Assembly: GCA_030141605.1 (NCBI GenBank) | Contig: JAQGDQ010000002.1 | Coordinates: 2,170,001 to 2,234,000, forward strand | DNA from: Tubiluchus corallicola | Lineage: Eukaryota > Animalia > Priapulida | Reading direction: 5' to 3' | Length of the DNA: 64,000 nt | Shown: one piece after another, positions 25,233 to 50,948 of the stretch | How positions within the stretch are numbered: position 1 is the stretch's first letter | Layout: every line of letters begins with the position of its first letter | The notes under the pieces: model-generated | What the model saw: only the letters and a program-made list of their open reading frames with translations | The model's database searches: none | What the model was told of the DNA's origin: nothing | Position numbers and translations under genes: made by a program

Positions 25233-28200
25233 CTAGGATTCAATCTCATAACCGAGATTTGGCACACCCCATGAATCACCAGCTCCCGCCCTTCCTGTAG
25301 CTTTCTTGTCTTCCCTTATGATACACCAGCACGAGAGTCCAAGGATTAATAAAAACACAGCTACAGCTGGACTCAAGATCAACACCAGCACTGAAAAATA
25401 GTTTTATTAGTCATAGACTGTTTAATTTGCTTAATATTTGTAACCTCTTATAATAAAATATGTAGAGCAAGCTAAGCCATGCACTGCGCACACATTGAAT
25501 TCAACGTTTACTGAGTTTATGTGAACGTGCCCCAAAATTTTCTGGCGCACTTTCAAGCAGAAATGAGTTTCAACAATGCAGACATTTATGCATTATTGCA
25601 ATAAACTTAATGTATTTTCTTACAGTGCGACATTCTGCTGGTCGGCTTCAAACCAGGCATACGCACACACAATATTATTGACAATTATATTGCAGAGTAT
25701 TTCACTCATACGTGCGAAACAAAATATTGTGCAATATAATTGTTAATACTATTGCGCAATATTAGTCATTATTACTGTGCATGTGATATTACAGTATCTC
25801 GTCTTTCGCCCGTATATAAATAGTCTGTTGGTGATGAAATTGTACATCTCACGTCGTGTTTTCTATATGCTGGTTTGTTTTTATTTATGATTATGTGCAA
25901 TAGCATTAAAATTGGTAATTATGTTTATTATAATTGTACTCGTTGTTTTTCATTGTGTGTAATGTATGTAGATTTTGTTACTGTGTATTTACTGGAAACT
26001 GGATGAACATATTAAGCTTTGAGAACTCGCGAACAACTTGTCTTTTAAAAAATGCTTGCAGTCTTTCATATGTCTTTCAAGTATTTTCACCTTACATATT
26101 ACAACTTTCGTGGTGGAAAACTTTGTTTTTCAATAATAATTAGCAAATCTGTGATTGCCTGTAGCACTAGTGTCTAGTTTCATATCAACTTACGCTTTAT
26201 GTCAAGCTCGCATCTGTTTGCTCCCCACCACTTTGGACACCTGCAAAACATATAATCGTTATTTTTATTAATGCGTGCAATGGAATATATTGATCATGAT
26301 GCAATATGAGAAACCCTTCCCATTTTCATTAATGGTGACTAAGTGGTTAACAAAAATTATTGTTGCAACTTAGGAACCTGTGGACATTTAACACTAAAGC
26401 AGTTTACTGGGAATATAGCACAACGACAGAATGCTCGCATCTCACCCAATAAGTCGCGGGTTTAATTCTCGACCAAGAAATACCAAAGGCTTTATTACAT
26501 TTATTAAAAGATACCGCTGGTTCTTCGACTAAGCACCTACATTTATTGAAGTATCATGCAGAAAATAGTAAACATTGTATTAGTTTTGAGTAATGTATTG
26601 AGTATTGAGTCATGTTAGGTGTAATCACAAGCTATGTTCTAAACAAAATTAATATTACCATTGTTGTTGTTGTTGTTTTTGTTGTTGTTGTTCTTGCTTT
26701 TGTTGTGGTTGTTATTGTAAGATTCATTTCTCCTTACGGAAACAAGCAGACCCAAAGATAGCAGCACCCAAACTGTTGGGACCGTTGTCCTTCTGTTGTG
26801 GAAACAGTACCACAAAGTACAATTTAAGCGAAACGTTGTCTCAAGCATATTTCGGTGTCCACAGATTCACGTACAGAAGGAAAATTATTATTATTCAAAG
26901 CTTTCCTATAAAGAGACTTATTTGTCGGTGTACGACGTTTTGTGAAGTTTTTGAGGAGATAACAAACAAAGTGAATTTACTCGCAGTGCCAATTGTCCTG
27001 TTCGTCAGCGACACAAGAGCCACCATTCAAGCAATAGTATTCCTGAGCATCAGCAGGGCACTCAATGATCACACATACTTCACCATTATCCACGCTAGGC
27101 ACAATACTCTCGTCAACGGTTCCTTCTGGGCAGACACATTGAAACCAGTGGGAACCATCTGAACTGCACACTGCATTTTCGTGGCAGTAATTAAGACTGG
27201 GATACCGCACATCGCAAAGATTTAAATCTGAAAACAAAGAGTTGCACGAATGCGGTAACACCAGTGACAACATCGTAGTTTTATAATAACTAAGCAATAT
27301 TCACATAAAATTAGCATGATCAGTTTGCGCCTTATCATTAATTCGAAGCAGAAAGCTAAAAATTATTGACTATTTGAAGAATCTAATATCTGTCTCTGGC
27401 CTCGCTTCTCGTTTTTCACTTCAGGTCTACCTCTACACAGACACGGCATATTTGGGTCAGAGTAGATAAAGATTCAAGAGAAGTAATTTTGTAAATATCG
27501 ATTTCGTAGTGATTGTTGCGAATAACCTACGCAGCCTTTGAAGAACAGATTTTCCTGCATCGTTTCATCCACTGGCCCGCTCATGTAAAAGTTTCGTGGG
27601 CCATTAATATACGAGGCCTTTTGTGTGTACTCTAATTATTATTTTTTTGTTATTCGATTAATAGTCCTGGTTATATAATTTCACATTTAATGCAAACCTT
27701 CTCTAAGTAGGTAATAGTTTCATCGTTATGAGTAAACAAGAGTTTTTTAACAATCCTCATCAACTAAGAGCCACTTTACAGAGCGTTTTTATTTTTTATT
27801 TTAACTGCTAAAGACCAAAAACACTATTGAGCATTGAAGATAGCCTTGTTCAGTGTTGACTTCAGTTTTGCTATGAAATGGTGTTTTAATTCGTATTCTG
27901 ACTCCTTTACTGGTGAAACTCGTTGGTTCATTCCAGAAAACCAATAAATAAATAAATACATAAATAAAAAAGAAATACCTTTACAAATGACATTAGTAAA
28001 TTGCTCTGGAGATGTTATGACCGAACTTTCAGCTATCGTATACGTTTCTAATTTATTCAGCTCTGCGTCCAATATCATTTCCAAATTTGCTGGTTCAAAA
28101 TTTCCAAATTCGGCCAGTTCGAATTTGACAAAAACTTCTGCGGTTATATTTGTTTGATTCATCGATTGTACGTCATTAATTTGATTGATGAGTGATCGCA

Positions 28201-29213
28201 CTATAGAGTTGACATATTTGATGTGAGGATATGTCAAGTTCATTGTGTCTGATAAGTCGAGGGACGTTCCTACCTATAAAAAGACATTCCGAATGTTTTA
28301 TACTATTTGAAAAAATCAATAGTACATGTATCGTAATGTAGCTGAAATATTGTCACAATTCAGGCCCAATAGTACTTACTAAAGATGTAATGTCAGCCTG
28401 TAGGCGTTTGTAATCTGCAGAATTCGCATTTTCGTAGGTTTCCAAATACTCAGATGAAAAAGTTATTTCTGCCCATATAGCTGTTACAGCTGAAATGCAT
28501 GAAATACGTAATTTTGAACTAACCATTGATAGAATTTTAAGGTATATTTTCGCAGTAATTATCACAATTAATTAACAAAGACAGGTAAGCCAATTTGTTA
28601 CTTCCAGCTTCGAAAGACTTTCGATTGTGACTAAGTTAAGTGGACTTGTGCATCGGATTTTCTGTATCCATTAATTCCCATACTGCAATAGATTTAATTT
28701 GTAACTTTTTGTATTTAGCAGTCATGACTTTGATAAGTACGTGTATAGGCTTATTTGGATGAGCGCAACTAATAGTTTGGTGACTGCCCAAACTTTTGGC
28801 GAGTAAAATTTGCTACCTTAAGAAAATATCATACTCATCTCCGATGCTTTATAGTTGCTATTCTTTCTGATAGATAATGTTGCCATTGTTATTGCTGTTG
28901 CTGTTGACACTGTTAACCGTGCTATTTGTTTACGGTTATACTTAGTGCTGCTGAGCATACCATCATTACTTAGTATTACTGTTTCTGCTGAACAGTTATT
29001 GTTGGTGTCAACCGTATCAGTATTGGGCTATTGGCATTGCTGTCATTGACTCATTGTCGTCATCATATTGTGACTGTTGATGGTGTGGTGATTTTTGTTT
29101 TTATTTCTGTTGTTCTTGCTGTCGTCATCATTGTAATTGTTATCACTTTGATCATGATCACTATTGCTGAGAATACGGATGCTAAATCTGTTGCTGAGCG
29201 ATGCTGCTGTTGC

Positions 29214-29279
<66 letters not shown>

Positions 29280-29288
29280 GGCTGTTAC

Positions 29289-29340
<52 letters not shown>

Positions 29341-30289
29341 GCCGTTGTCGCTATTATTGTTTTGTTTCCTTTCCTGGTGCTGTTGTTGCCGTTGCTGTTG
29401 CCGTTGTTTTTACCTATACAACCATCTTCGGCATGAGAAGAGGCAATGGCGTAACCATCTAAACATTCGCAATATTCGGATCCATATCTGTCAATCCGAC
29501 ATCGTTCATGATTTTCAGGACAACAGCTCGGAATGTTTCCACATTGCGAGCAGTCAGTAGAATTTTGACTTGTCACGAATACTGTGCCTGGAAAATACAC
29601 TTATAATCTATAATGAGTAATTCTAAGGCACTTTGACAGTCTTCATTAACAGACAATGTAATGAACATGTATATAGCAATTATTATTATCATTAAAGTAA
29701 TTGTTAAAATGATTATTATTAAGTGACTAATTATTAAAGTAATTGTTAAAGTAACTAATAAAGTTGCTTTACTATTTTTTTATTTTTCACTAAGTATGCT
29801 TGGGAATAATCACTTTAACTAATATTAAAATGCGATATACCTAGTTATCTCTTGTATTGTTTCATCTAATACAGAATGTTTTGTGATAAGCATAATTATT
29901 CAGTCTAATCATTTTTATAGCTCACACGCATGCATAACTATGATACCAACGTAGGTTCTGTATTACATGTACGTTCGAGAGAGTTAATATAATGACTTTT
30001 GTTTACAGCATAGAATGCTTTTGTAATAAATACATAAATTGACCTTTTAAAATTAATTATAATTGCTATTCTTTTTGTATTATATCTAAGGTATCCTTAC
30101 TAAAGATTGTGAACGATTACGAAAGATTTTGATCTCATCTTGGAATCGTAGAATATAGTAGAATACAATTGTATCATAAATTCATTAATTAATTATCAGT
30201 GATTACTTACCAATCAATGAAAATATCAGTAAGATTGAGGAGAAATCTTTAATAATGTGATGCCTTTGCTGAATTTCACATCTAAACAT
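25233..30289 (-). CDS. EGF-SEA-EGF-EGF single-pass membrane protein (MUC13/HEG1-like architecture), 7 exons, ~369 aa
   Basis: Exons: 30211-30289 (MFRCEIQ..SSILLIFSLI, signal-like), 29414-29587 (EGF-like C..CRIDRYGSEYCECLDGY..C), 28380-28489 and 27979-28273 (SEA-like, ITFSSEYLETYENANSADYKRLQADI), 26981-27227 (two EGF, CVCPEG and CLNGGSC), 26194-26240 (CPKWWGANRCE, completing EGF3), 25233-25390 (TM LLVLILSPAVAVFLLILGLSCWCII plus tail GVPNLGYEIES*). The total of 1110 nt is phase-consistent. The first exon is the least certain. Confidence 0.8.
26661..26717. repeat. Imperfect (TTG)n microsatellite
   Basis: Seen directly; intronic in the EGF-SEA gene. Confidence 0.9.
29205..29345. repeat. (GTT)n/(AAC)n microsatellite
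   Basis: About 45 units with a few interruptions. It reads as poly-Thr in the frame of the upstream EGF exon. Confidence 0.98.
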
Positions 30290-32059
30290 TTTGGTCAGTC
30301 TTAAACTGCATTTAATTTTTCAAGAATCCACTCAGAATTACACTTCTTTTTACGCCAGCGTTTTGGTCCATTTCATGCAAATGAATCATTGTACACATGC
30401 AGGTGATATGCTTCAAACGTTGAGCTTATTTACACTGAATTCGACTAAGAAGTATGCAGTTTGTAATAGGCCTATTTAACTTCGCCTTTGCAATGTTAGG
30501 CGTGTTTGTTTATTCGTATTTGCCTATACATGGTGAAATTGTTTACTTATATCAGCATAGGTTAGTGCATGAGTGAACTGAAATGGGAATGGAAAAGCGC
30601 TGATATATAGATTCAGATGCAGTCAAGCTAATACTTTTGCACGCAGTACTATTTTACATCAACATTGACAAACAGACTGTAAAAAACGTTGTGCCGGGAA
30701 CATTAATAATGAGTTTCTTAAAGACATTTGCTTTAACGTGTCACTGTAGAGTGTAGATTATCTAACGTGTTTTTTTATTTTTGGCATTTTCGCTGAAAAT
30801 TTCATTATATAGAGTAGTTTGAATAATTATTCAGTCTAATCATTTTACAACTCATTGAGAATTAGTTTATTTCACGATGTGAGAACTCTGAGATGTTTAT
30901 TTGCAAGCATAACTAACATACTAATTCAGGCTTTGGGTTGTATGTATGTTTGAGGTTAATTTGACTTTTCATTGCAGATTCGTTTATTTTATGTAACTGT
31001 AGTGTACGTATTATTAAGTTTCCAAAATAATCTTGAATAATTCAATAAGTAAATATGTAAGCAAACAAACAAGCAAGAAAGCAAACAAATAAGCCAACAA
31101 ATAGATGCAAGCAAACAAGGAAAAATAAACAGATAATCTTAACTTTAAGATTGTTGATGAGTGATGCAATGAACCACCAATCACAATAAATGTTTGAAGG
31201 TAATTTATACTTGTTCATAAAGAACGGAAAGGTGAAAAAGTCAGAACTGATCCAAGATTTGAACCACAAACTTTTGATCTTGGTAATTTTGAAATTTTGG
31301 CACTTTTTTCTTCATAAACAGGCTTGCATAACAGAGATTTTATTCCATGTTCATTGATTATTCATTTTTACCCCTGCATTTTAAAATATCCCAATGATTG
31401 CAAAATTTTTACAATTTCGGTTGCAATGAGTAGACTAGTCCCATAAGATTTCTATACTATTCTACTCAGCTATTTTCCCACCTCTGCTTTCTCTGTTTCT
31501 CACTCCCTTTGCTCTTTTTTCCATTTTTCTTTTCTTTTCTTCTCCTTAATGTTTGTCTCATTTTATCTCTTCTCGTATTGCCCTCTTCTTACCTCTTGCC
31601 TCTGGCTTACTCCACTCCGTCGCCTGCCTTTTCTCCCCTTCTCTCTTCCCACCTCTTCTCGTTACTTTGCCAGCCCTTATTCGTCTTCTCTGTGTCGTTT
31701 TATCTTCTCCACATTTCCCTGTTTTTCCCTTCTGTTTTTCACTCTTCTACTCAGTTTGTCGATCTTTTGATATGCGGTCCTTTTAATTTATTTCTTCTAT
31801 TCGTCTGTTTATTGTTTCAGCCTTCAGGCATTCTCTTGAACAATATACAATGAGTGTGCCAAACAACAGTTACTATTCACGTTCAGCAGATATTATCTAT
31901 AATTCATATGGATTTACCTGTTCGCTCTGAAAATCCAATCATATCTGCTACCTTGGCAAACCTGACTTCCTACTGTATGTTATAATGTTACTGCAAAAGA
32001 GTGTTGCAATGCATGCAATAGTGTAAATAATATATAATAATAACTGTTCTAATAACTGT

Positions 32060-32278
32060 GTATTATAATATTATAATAAATAACAACAACAACAACAACA
32101 ACAATAACAACAACAACAACAACAACAACAACAATAATAATAATAATAATAATAATAACAGTAACAACAACAGGCAAGGGTAGACAAATGGAGAACGAGA
32201 AAGAGGGAGCGGGAGAGAGAGAGGGAAAGGGAGAGGGAGGGAGGGAGAGAGGGAGAGAAAGAGAGAGAAAGGGGGAGG

Positions 32279-32340
<62 letters not shown>

Positions 32341-32380
32341 GAGAGAGAGACAGAGAGAGAGAGAGAGTAAGAGAGAGAGA
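32060..32380. repeat. Compound microsatellite: (ACA/ATA)n followed by a (GA)n purine tract
   Basis: Seen directly; explains the low-complexity ORFs 32049-32558 and 32188-32370. Confidence 0.97.
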
Positions 32381-33093
32381 CGATATGCCTACATATTGAT
32401 GAATTTGCGGTCGTGCCTATGTGGGTATGCGCATGTAAGTATTCCTGTTGCAAGCCTGTCTTTGACAAGCCAGGTGCGAAGAGATGCAGTTTATATCGGC
32501 TTCGGCAGTTCAGTAAGATAAGACATTTCAGCAAAGAATTGTCAAAACGTGACGGCAATAATGAAGAAAATCTGTCCTGTGTTTGTGTTTCGAATAAATG
32601 AGTGAGCTGACAGACTCAAAGCTAGTACGACAGTGTGTATTTGCGGAATTCGAAAATGTCTCAAATTTGATCAATTGAGCGATCACGTTCTGGTTAAAAT
32701 AGATGGCACATCTGCTGTTACTTTACTGTAACAGTGCGAAAATATACGGTTATGTTTCTTCATTATATCTTGAGTGATGTACCTTCACAAAAGTTATGAT
32801 ATAATAAAAAGAGTTATCATAATAATGATAATAATACTAATAATGACATACTATCAAGCTGACCAGCCTTTTTTGATGTACAAAAGACAGGTCAGGTAGG
32901 TCATATTCCTCTAAAGCGCATTTCTCTGCTATCTAATTTGTCTATGTAACTATTTCGAACATAGCTAGCAGGATATACATTACTAAACTTGTGGAATATA
33001 CTGACTGAAAATCGGTGTGTGTTTGAAAAGCGCTACAGAATATTTACAGAGTTTTTTCCGCGATTTTTACAATGACTGCTCTGACATTATTCG

Positions 33094-33165
33094 GTGCCTC
33101 CGCAGACCTGCCATTTATATATACATTTACATGTGTATATATAAATGGCAGGTCTGCGGAGGCAC
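33094..33165. repeat. Perfect inverted repeat: 32-bp stem, 8-nt loop
   Basis: GTGCCTCCGCAGACCTGCCATTTATATATACA (33094-33125), loop TTTACATG, and the exact reverse complement at 33134-33165. Confidence 0.97.
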
Positions 33166-34838
33166 AGAATAGTACATATATGTATATTGTATAATATACA
33201 ATAAGATATTTGGAAATGTAAATATAGAGTCTAATTGCTTCATAATAATACAATAACATAACAAAATTTTATTTAGGTTGCTAAAGAGCTTAGCACGTAG
33301 ATTCGAATTTCATTTTTTCATTCGCACACAATTTTTTCATTCCGCTGATCTGTATATTTCACTTTCTGTCCCACAAAATTAGTCAAGGAACAGTAGAGCC
33401 GCAAGGAATGGCAAATTAACAAAATATATATGAACGCGGTTTTTTAAAATTTATTATCTATATATTATTCATTACTTTATCTCGTTTTCTTATCACTTTT
33501 TATTTCCAAAAAACTAAATTTTAACTAAATTTTCAAAGAAAGACATAACACCCTGCAGTCTCCGAGAAATTTGCGATCGAGCTTCAGTTATTGTCAAACC
33601 TTTGAATGGCGGCAATACCATGAACTAAAATAAGTATTATTTATATCTAAATTAAGTGCACGTTCAATCGTGTACCGTAGCCAAATTTGCTTATTTAAAC
33701 ATAAAAAACTCTTTTTTCGGGCCCGGTGTCATTTTACAACCATAAAGTCATAAAACTGTGAAAGATAAAATCATGATTATGTACGATTACTCATAGTAAG
33801 AAGCATAATACACATTTCATTATTTTTGATATCATACCAATATTATTATTCTTGCAGATATAAACGAAAGCTGCGCATATGTCATTTTTGAAAGTGAGTT
33901 GGCATAAGGCATTTTTGGCGATAGCAGTCCAACCTTTCGAAACGTTTTACATTAGTGAGAAGAGAAGCTGCAGTGGATTGTAGAAAAACATATAATATGT
34001 TATGATTGTTACGGACATAGAGAAAGAAGAAAGCAACGGAGTGCCAAATAAAGGATTAAAAAGCCAGAAATCAAACTCACATTCCACTACAGGTATTATA
34101 TACCTACGCATCTGGATTTGACTTTTTTATGCAATTCGGCGCACTGTAAGCTAGAATCCAGCATTTAACCGCAGGGTTACTGAAAGTTATATCTTGTGGC
34201 AAAACCAGAATCTAGCTCATTATCAAGAACATCCTCTAGGCTGAAGGAACACTAACTGCAGCTGCTTTGGTGTGGCATTCGAGTCGCCAAGCGCTATGAC
34301 CGTGATCATGATCGCGTAACCACCCGTTTATTTATCTCTAGTACTTGAAAGCTATTTATAAACAATGCTATCATTAAATCAATGCTTGAGTACTCAGAAA
34401 TTAAACTGTTTTGTCCTGACGTTTGCTTGTTTGACGTATTTGCATAACTATTAACCCATTTTAACGTCTCTGGAAATAGCGCTGACGTATAATTGTTTGC
34501 TTCCTTTTGATACATACATTCGTTTTAGCCACTTCTTTCATAGACTTTATAAATACATCAAAATTTACTCAACGATGTTATATTTTGTAACAGAAAAAGT
34601 TTATTGCCTTTAATATTTGATCAACTTTGAATCATGTAGAACTGGAGAACTAATATTTAAGCAAGTGTTAATGACGTTTCGTATATATAGGCAATTCAAG
34701 CTAAGCACGTTATTGTTGCATCTGTGACTTTTTTCAAATACCTACTATCGAACACTAGTTTATAGAGTTTTTAGTCTATCAAAAACAAGCGATTTATATT
34801 AAAGTGATTTGTGTCATCGATGATATGGTTTAGGAAAC

Positions 34839-48441
<13,603 letters not shown>

Positions 48442-50728
48442 CAGCTCATTCATCTTTTCAATGTTTAGATAGTTTATTATTATAGAAACTCATTATTGAC
48501 GCAAGGCACAATTATCAATATTTATGTTATTGTTACTGTAGTATCCGTCCAAGTCTAGAAATATTTAAATAAGCTGCATTTTGCTATAATTATTGAGCCG
48601 TTTGTGTGTGCTAGGCTTTGGTGCAATAACCTTTGTTTTAAAGTTGATTTTTAGGTGAGCAACTGAACATTTAGTACAAACTCAAGAGCTTGAATGAATG
48701 ATCTTAAAATTTTTGATTTTTAAAAAGCAATATTTATAATGCATGTTAGAAAGAATCCACAACCAATAACTTTTAAAATCAAGGGAATACAAAAAGAAAG
48801 GAAATCAGAACTAAGCTTGGTTTTCCATCACGGACAGAGTTAGAACACTGTTTTCCACGTTTTCGTTTCTGTCTCCCAGAACAGTTACTTTTTTCTTAAT
48901 TGTGTTTTATTTTTACGCTCTCTGCCACAGGAAGTTGCTTGATGTAGAAAAACGGATGTGAATAACAAATATACAATGTCATAACCAGAAGAATGTTCTT
49001 AAAAAGCTATACAAGTTTTATTAAGTATTTAAGAAGCACTGGAAAACGTCTTATATAATACAGTAAATGACCATACCATACTTAGAGGCATTAATGACCC
49101 AATAATTTACAATAGAGTTGTAAAGTTGCGTCTAAATGGCATCCACAGTATCGCCTGTGCTGAACGAATTGAGTGCAGAAGTCCTATAGGACCTAGGACC
49201 TTGCCATCCTTGCGTGCGCACAGTGCAAGTGGACTCTATTTGTTAAACAAAACTGTATTTACAATTCACAGTAACGCGTCCATAAATAATTTAAGATAAG
49301 GAATTCTGTGTGAATAAATTTTTGCTACGAGAACGCTTCGTAGAAAAATAATTTACACCTATTCGGGACATTTTCGAGTGATGTTTTGTAATAATTTCTA
49401 AAGCAGTGTGTGTGTGTGTAAATGAAGCGTTATTTTTTGTTCAGCATTTAAAAATATTGTTGTTTTAATAGTTGTTAAATGAGCAGTTTGCATGCCTGTG
49501 ATAAAAATTCACGTAGGCCTATTCTGTATTTGCAGGGCTTTTGTATTGTAAAGCATGCCAATCTGACCAATAAATCATATTTGTGGATTTATAGACAACT
49601 TACATTTTTGTTATCGTTATTGCTGCATTTGTTAATGTTTCTAATTTTAATTATGGAGTACAATTGGCCTGTCATCGTGTTGTTACTATTTGGTCTCACA
49701 CTGTATTGTCACAGTTGATGTGTTTGTTGTCGTTTATAATTTATAAATGTATTGTTGTCGTTTTGTTATCATTTAGTGTTCTTGTGTTAGTATTGGTTCA
49801 TTATATCCCAAACTGACATTAGAAGACTGCAAATGTGATGTGTCAAGAAACCTGTGTGAAAGTTATATGTCGATTAATCCAAACATTCTTTTAAATCTTA
49901 GTAGCGAAATCAGTTGGCTATTTTTGTTCTATTCAACACAGTACAACGATTAAACACAAAATATCATGAAATTGTGCACAAGATGATAAAAGCATGAAAT
50001 TTTCCAAGTTTAGTCTATAGACGCAACTGAACCCTTTTAAAGAGGGAACTACCTTGGCACTCCCTTCTAGTGACCTTAGATAATCACTGAACTTTAGGGT
50101 CAATGTCACACATTACGTTAAGAAAACGGGCATGTCAATCATGGCTGATAAAAAATACATGACACGACTGAAAATAAAAGTGATATTACGCATCAGTAAT
50201 CGATTCCTTGTTTCCATCCAGCACCAGAGCCAAAGTAGTAGTCGCTTGATCTTGCTTGAAGTTCAAAAGAACTGTTTTATGCTAACAGGAGTTAGCAGGT
50301 GCTTTTCAATAAGGAATGATATGATGATTATATTTTGGCAAAGTCTATTGAAAGGGAAAACATTTTCTGATTTAAATAGTGAGTTGGCAACTGACAGAAG
50401 ACGGTAAAAGGGTGCACGCATACAGGTCGATAAAACTTGTTTGTATAAGTTACCAAGCAACACCTTTCATGTCCGTCTATAGTTACTGTTATTGTCTGCT
50501 GCATCCAATGGGAATGCTACTGCTGTGTGTACATTATTCATTCATTAAATGGCTTCAGAAGAATTCGCGGCGGAGTAATGTGAAACGGTCGCAAATTCTC
50601 TATAGACAAATCTGTGAAGAACGCGAATAAATCCAATTTTCTGGAATGGATTTCAACTTTGTGATAAAGGTCGCAAAAGTTGTGTAACTGTGACTGTGGT
50701 GCTTGACAGCAAATGCTATTATATTATA

Positions 50729-50745
50729 CCGGAAGTAAACAGGAA
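50729..50745 (+). promoter_or_regulatory. Candidate ETS-type promoter motifs (CCGGAAGT, CAGGAAA) ~210 bp upstream of the paralog B ATG
   Basis: Motif match and position only. Confidence 0.3.
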
Positions 50746-50948
50746 AGCCATAGTTGCTGCACAACACACTCATTTTTTCAGAAAAAACCTTTTCTGATTA
50801 CTTTTGCCCTTTTAGATCATGATGTTTTCGATAATATCTCGCGTAATTTCGATTATAAAAGCAACATTTTACTGCTGATTGTGTCATAAAAAGTGGTTCG
50901 TTTTAACACTGTTGGTTTAAGACTGAGAACCTGTTAGAAATTCGTTCG

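Noticed and set aside
26736-26790. Exon-like hydrophobic segment (RTTVPTVWVLLSLGLLVS) with AG/GT flanks in the EGF-SEA gene
   Set aside because: Inclusion would interrupt EGF3 and shift the frame of the following exons; the true TM exon is 25233-25390.
29031-29560. Plus-strand poly-Cys, poly-Val and poly-Leu ORFs
   Set aside because: These are alternative frames of the (GTT)n microsatellite, antisense to the EGF-SEA gene.
31490-31853. Hydrophobic ORFs in the CT-rich tract
   Set aside because: Compositional artefact of the pyrimidine bias; no splice or homology support.
32049-32558. 169-aa and 60-aa low-complexity ORFs (SLSL/ERER)
   Set aside because: Translations of (GA)n and (ACA/ATA)n repeats.
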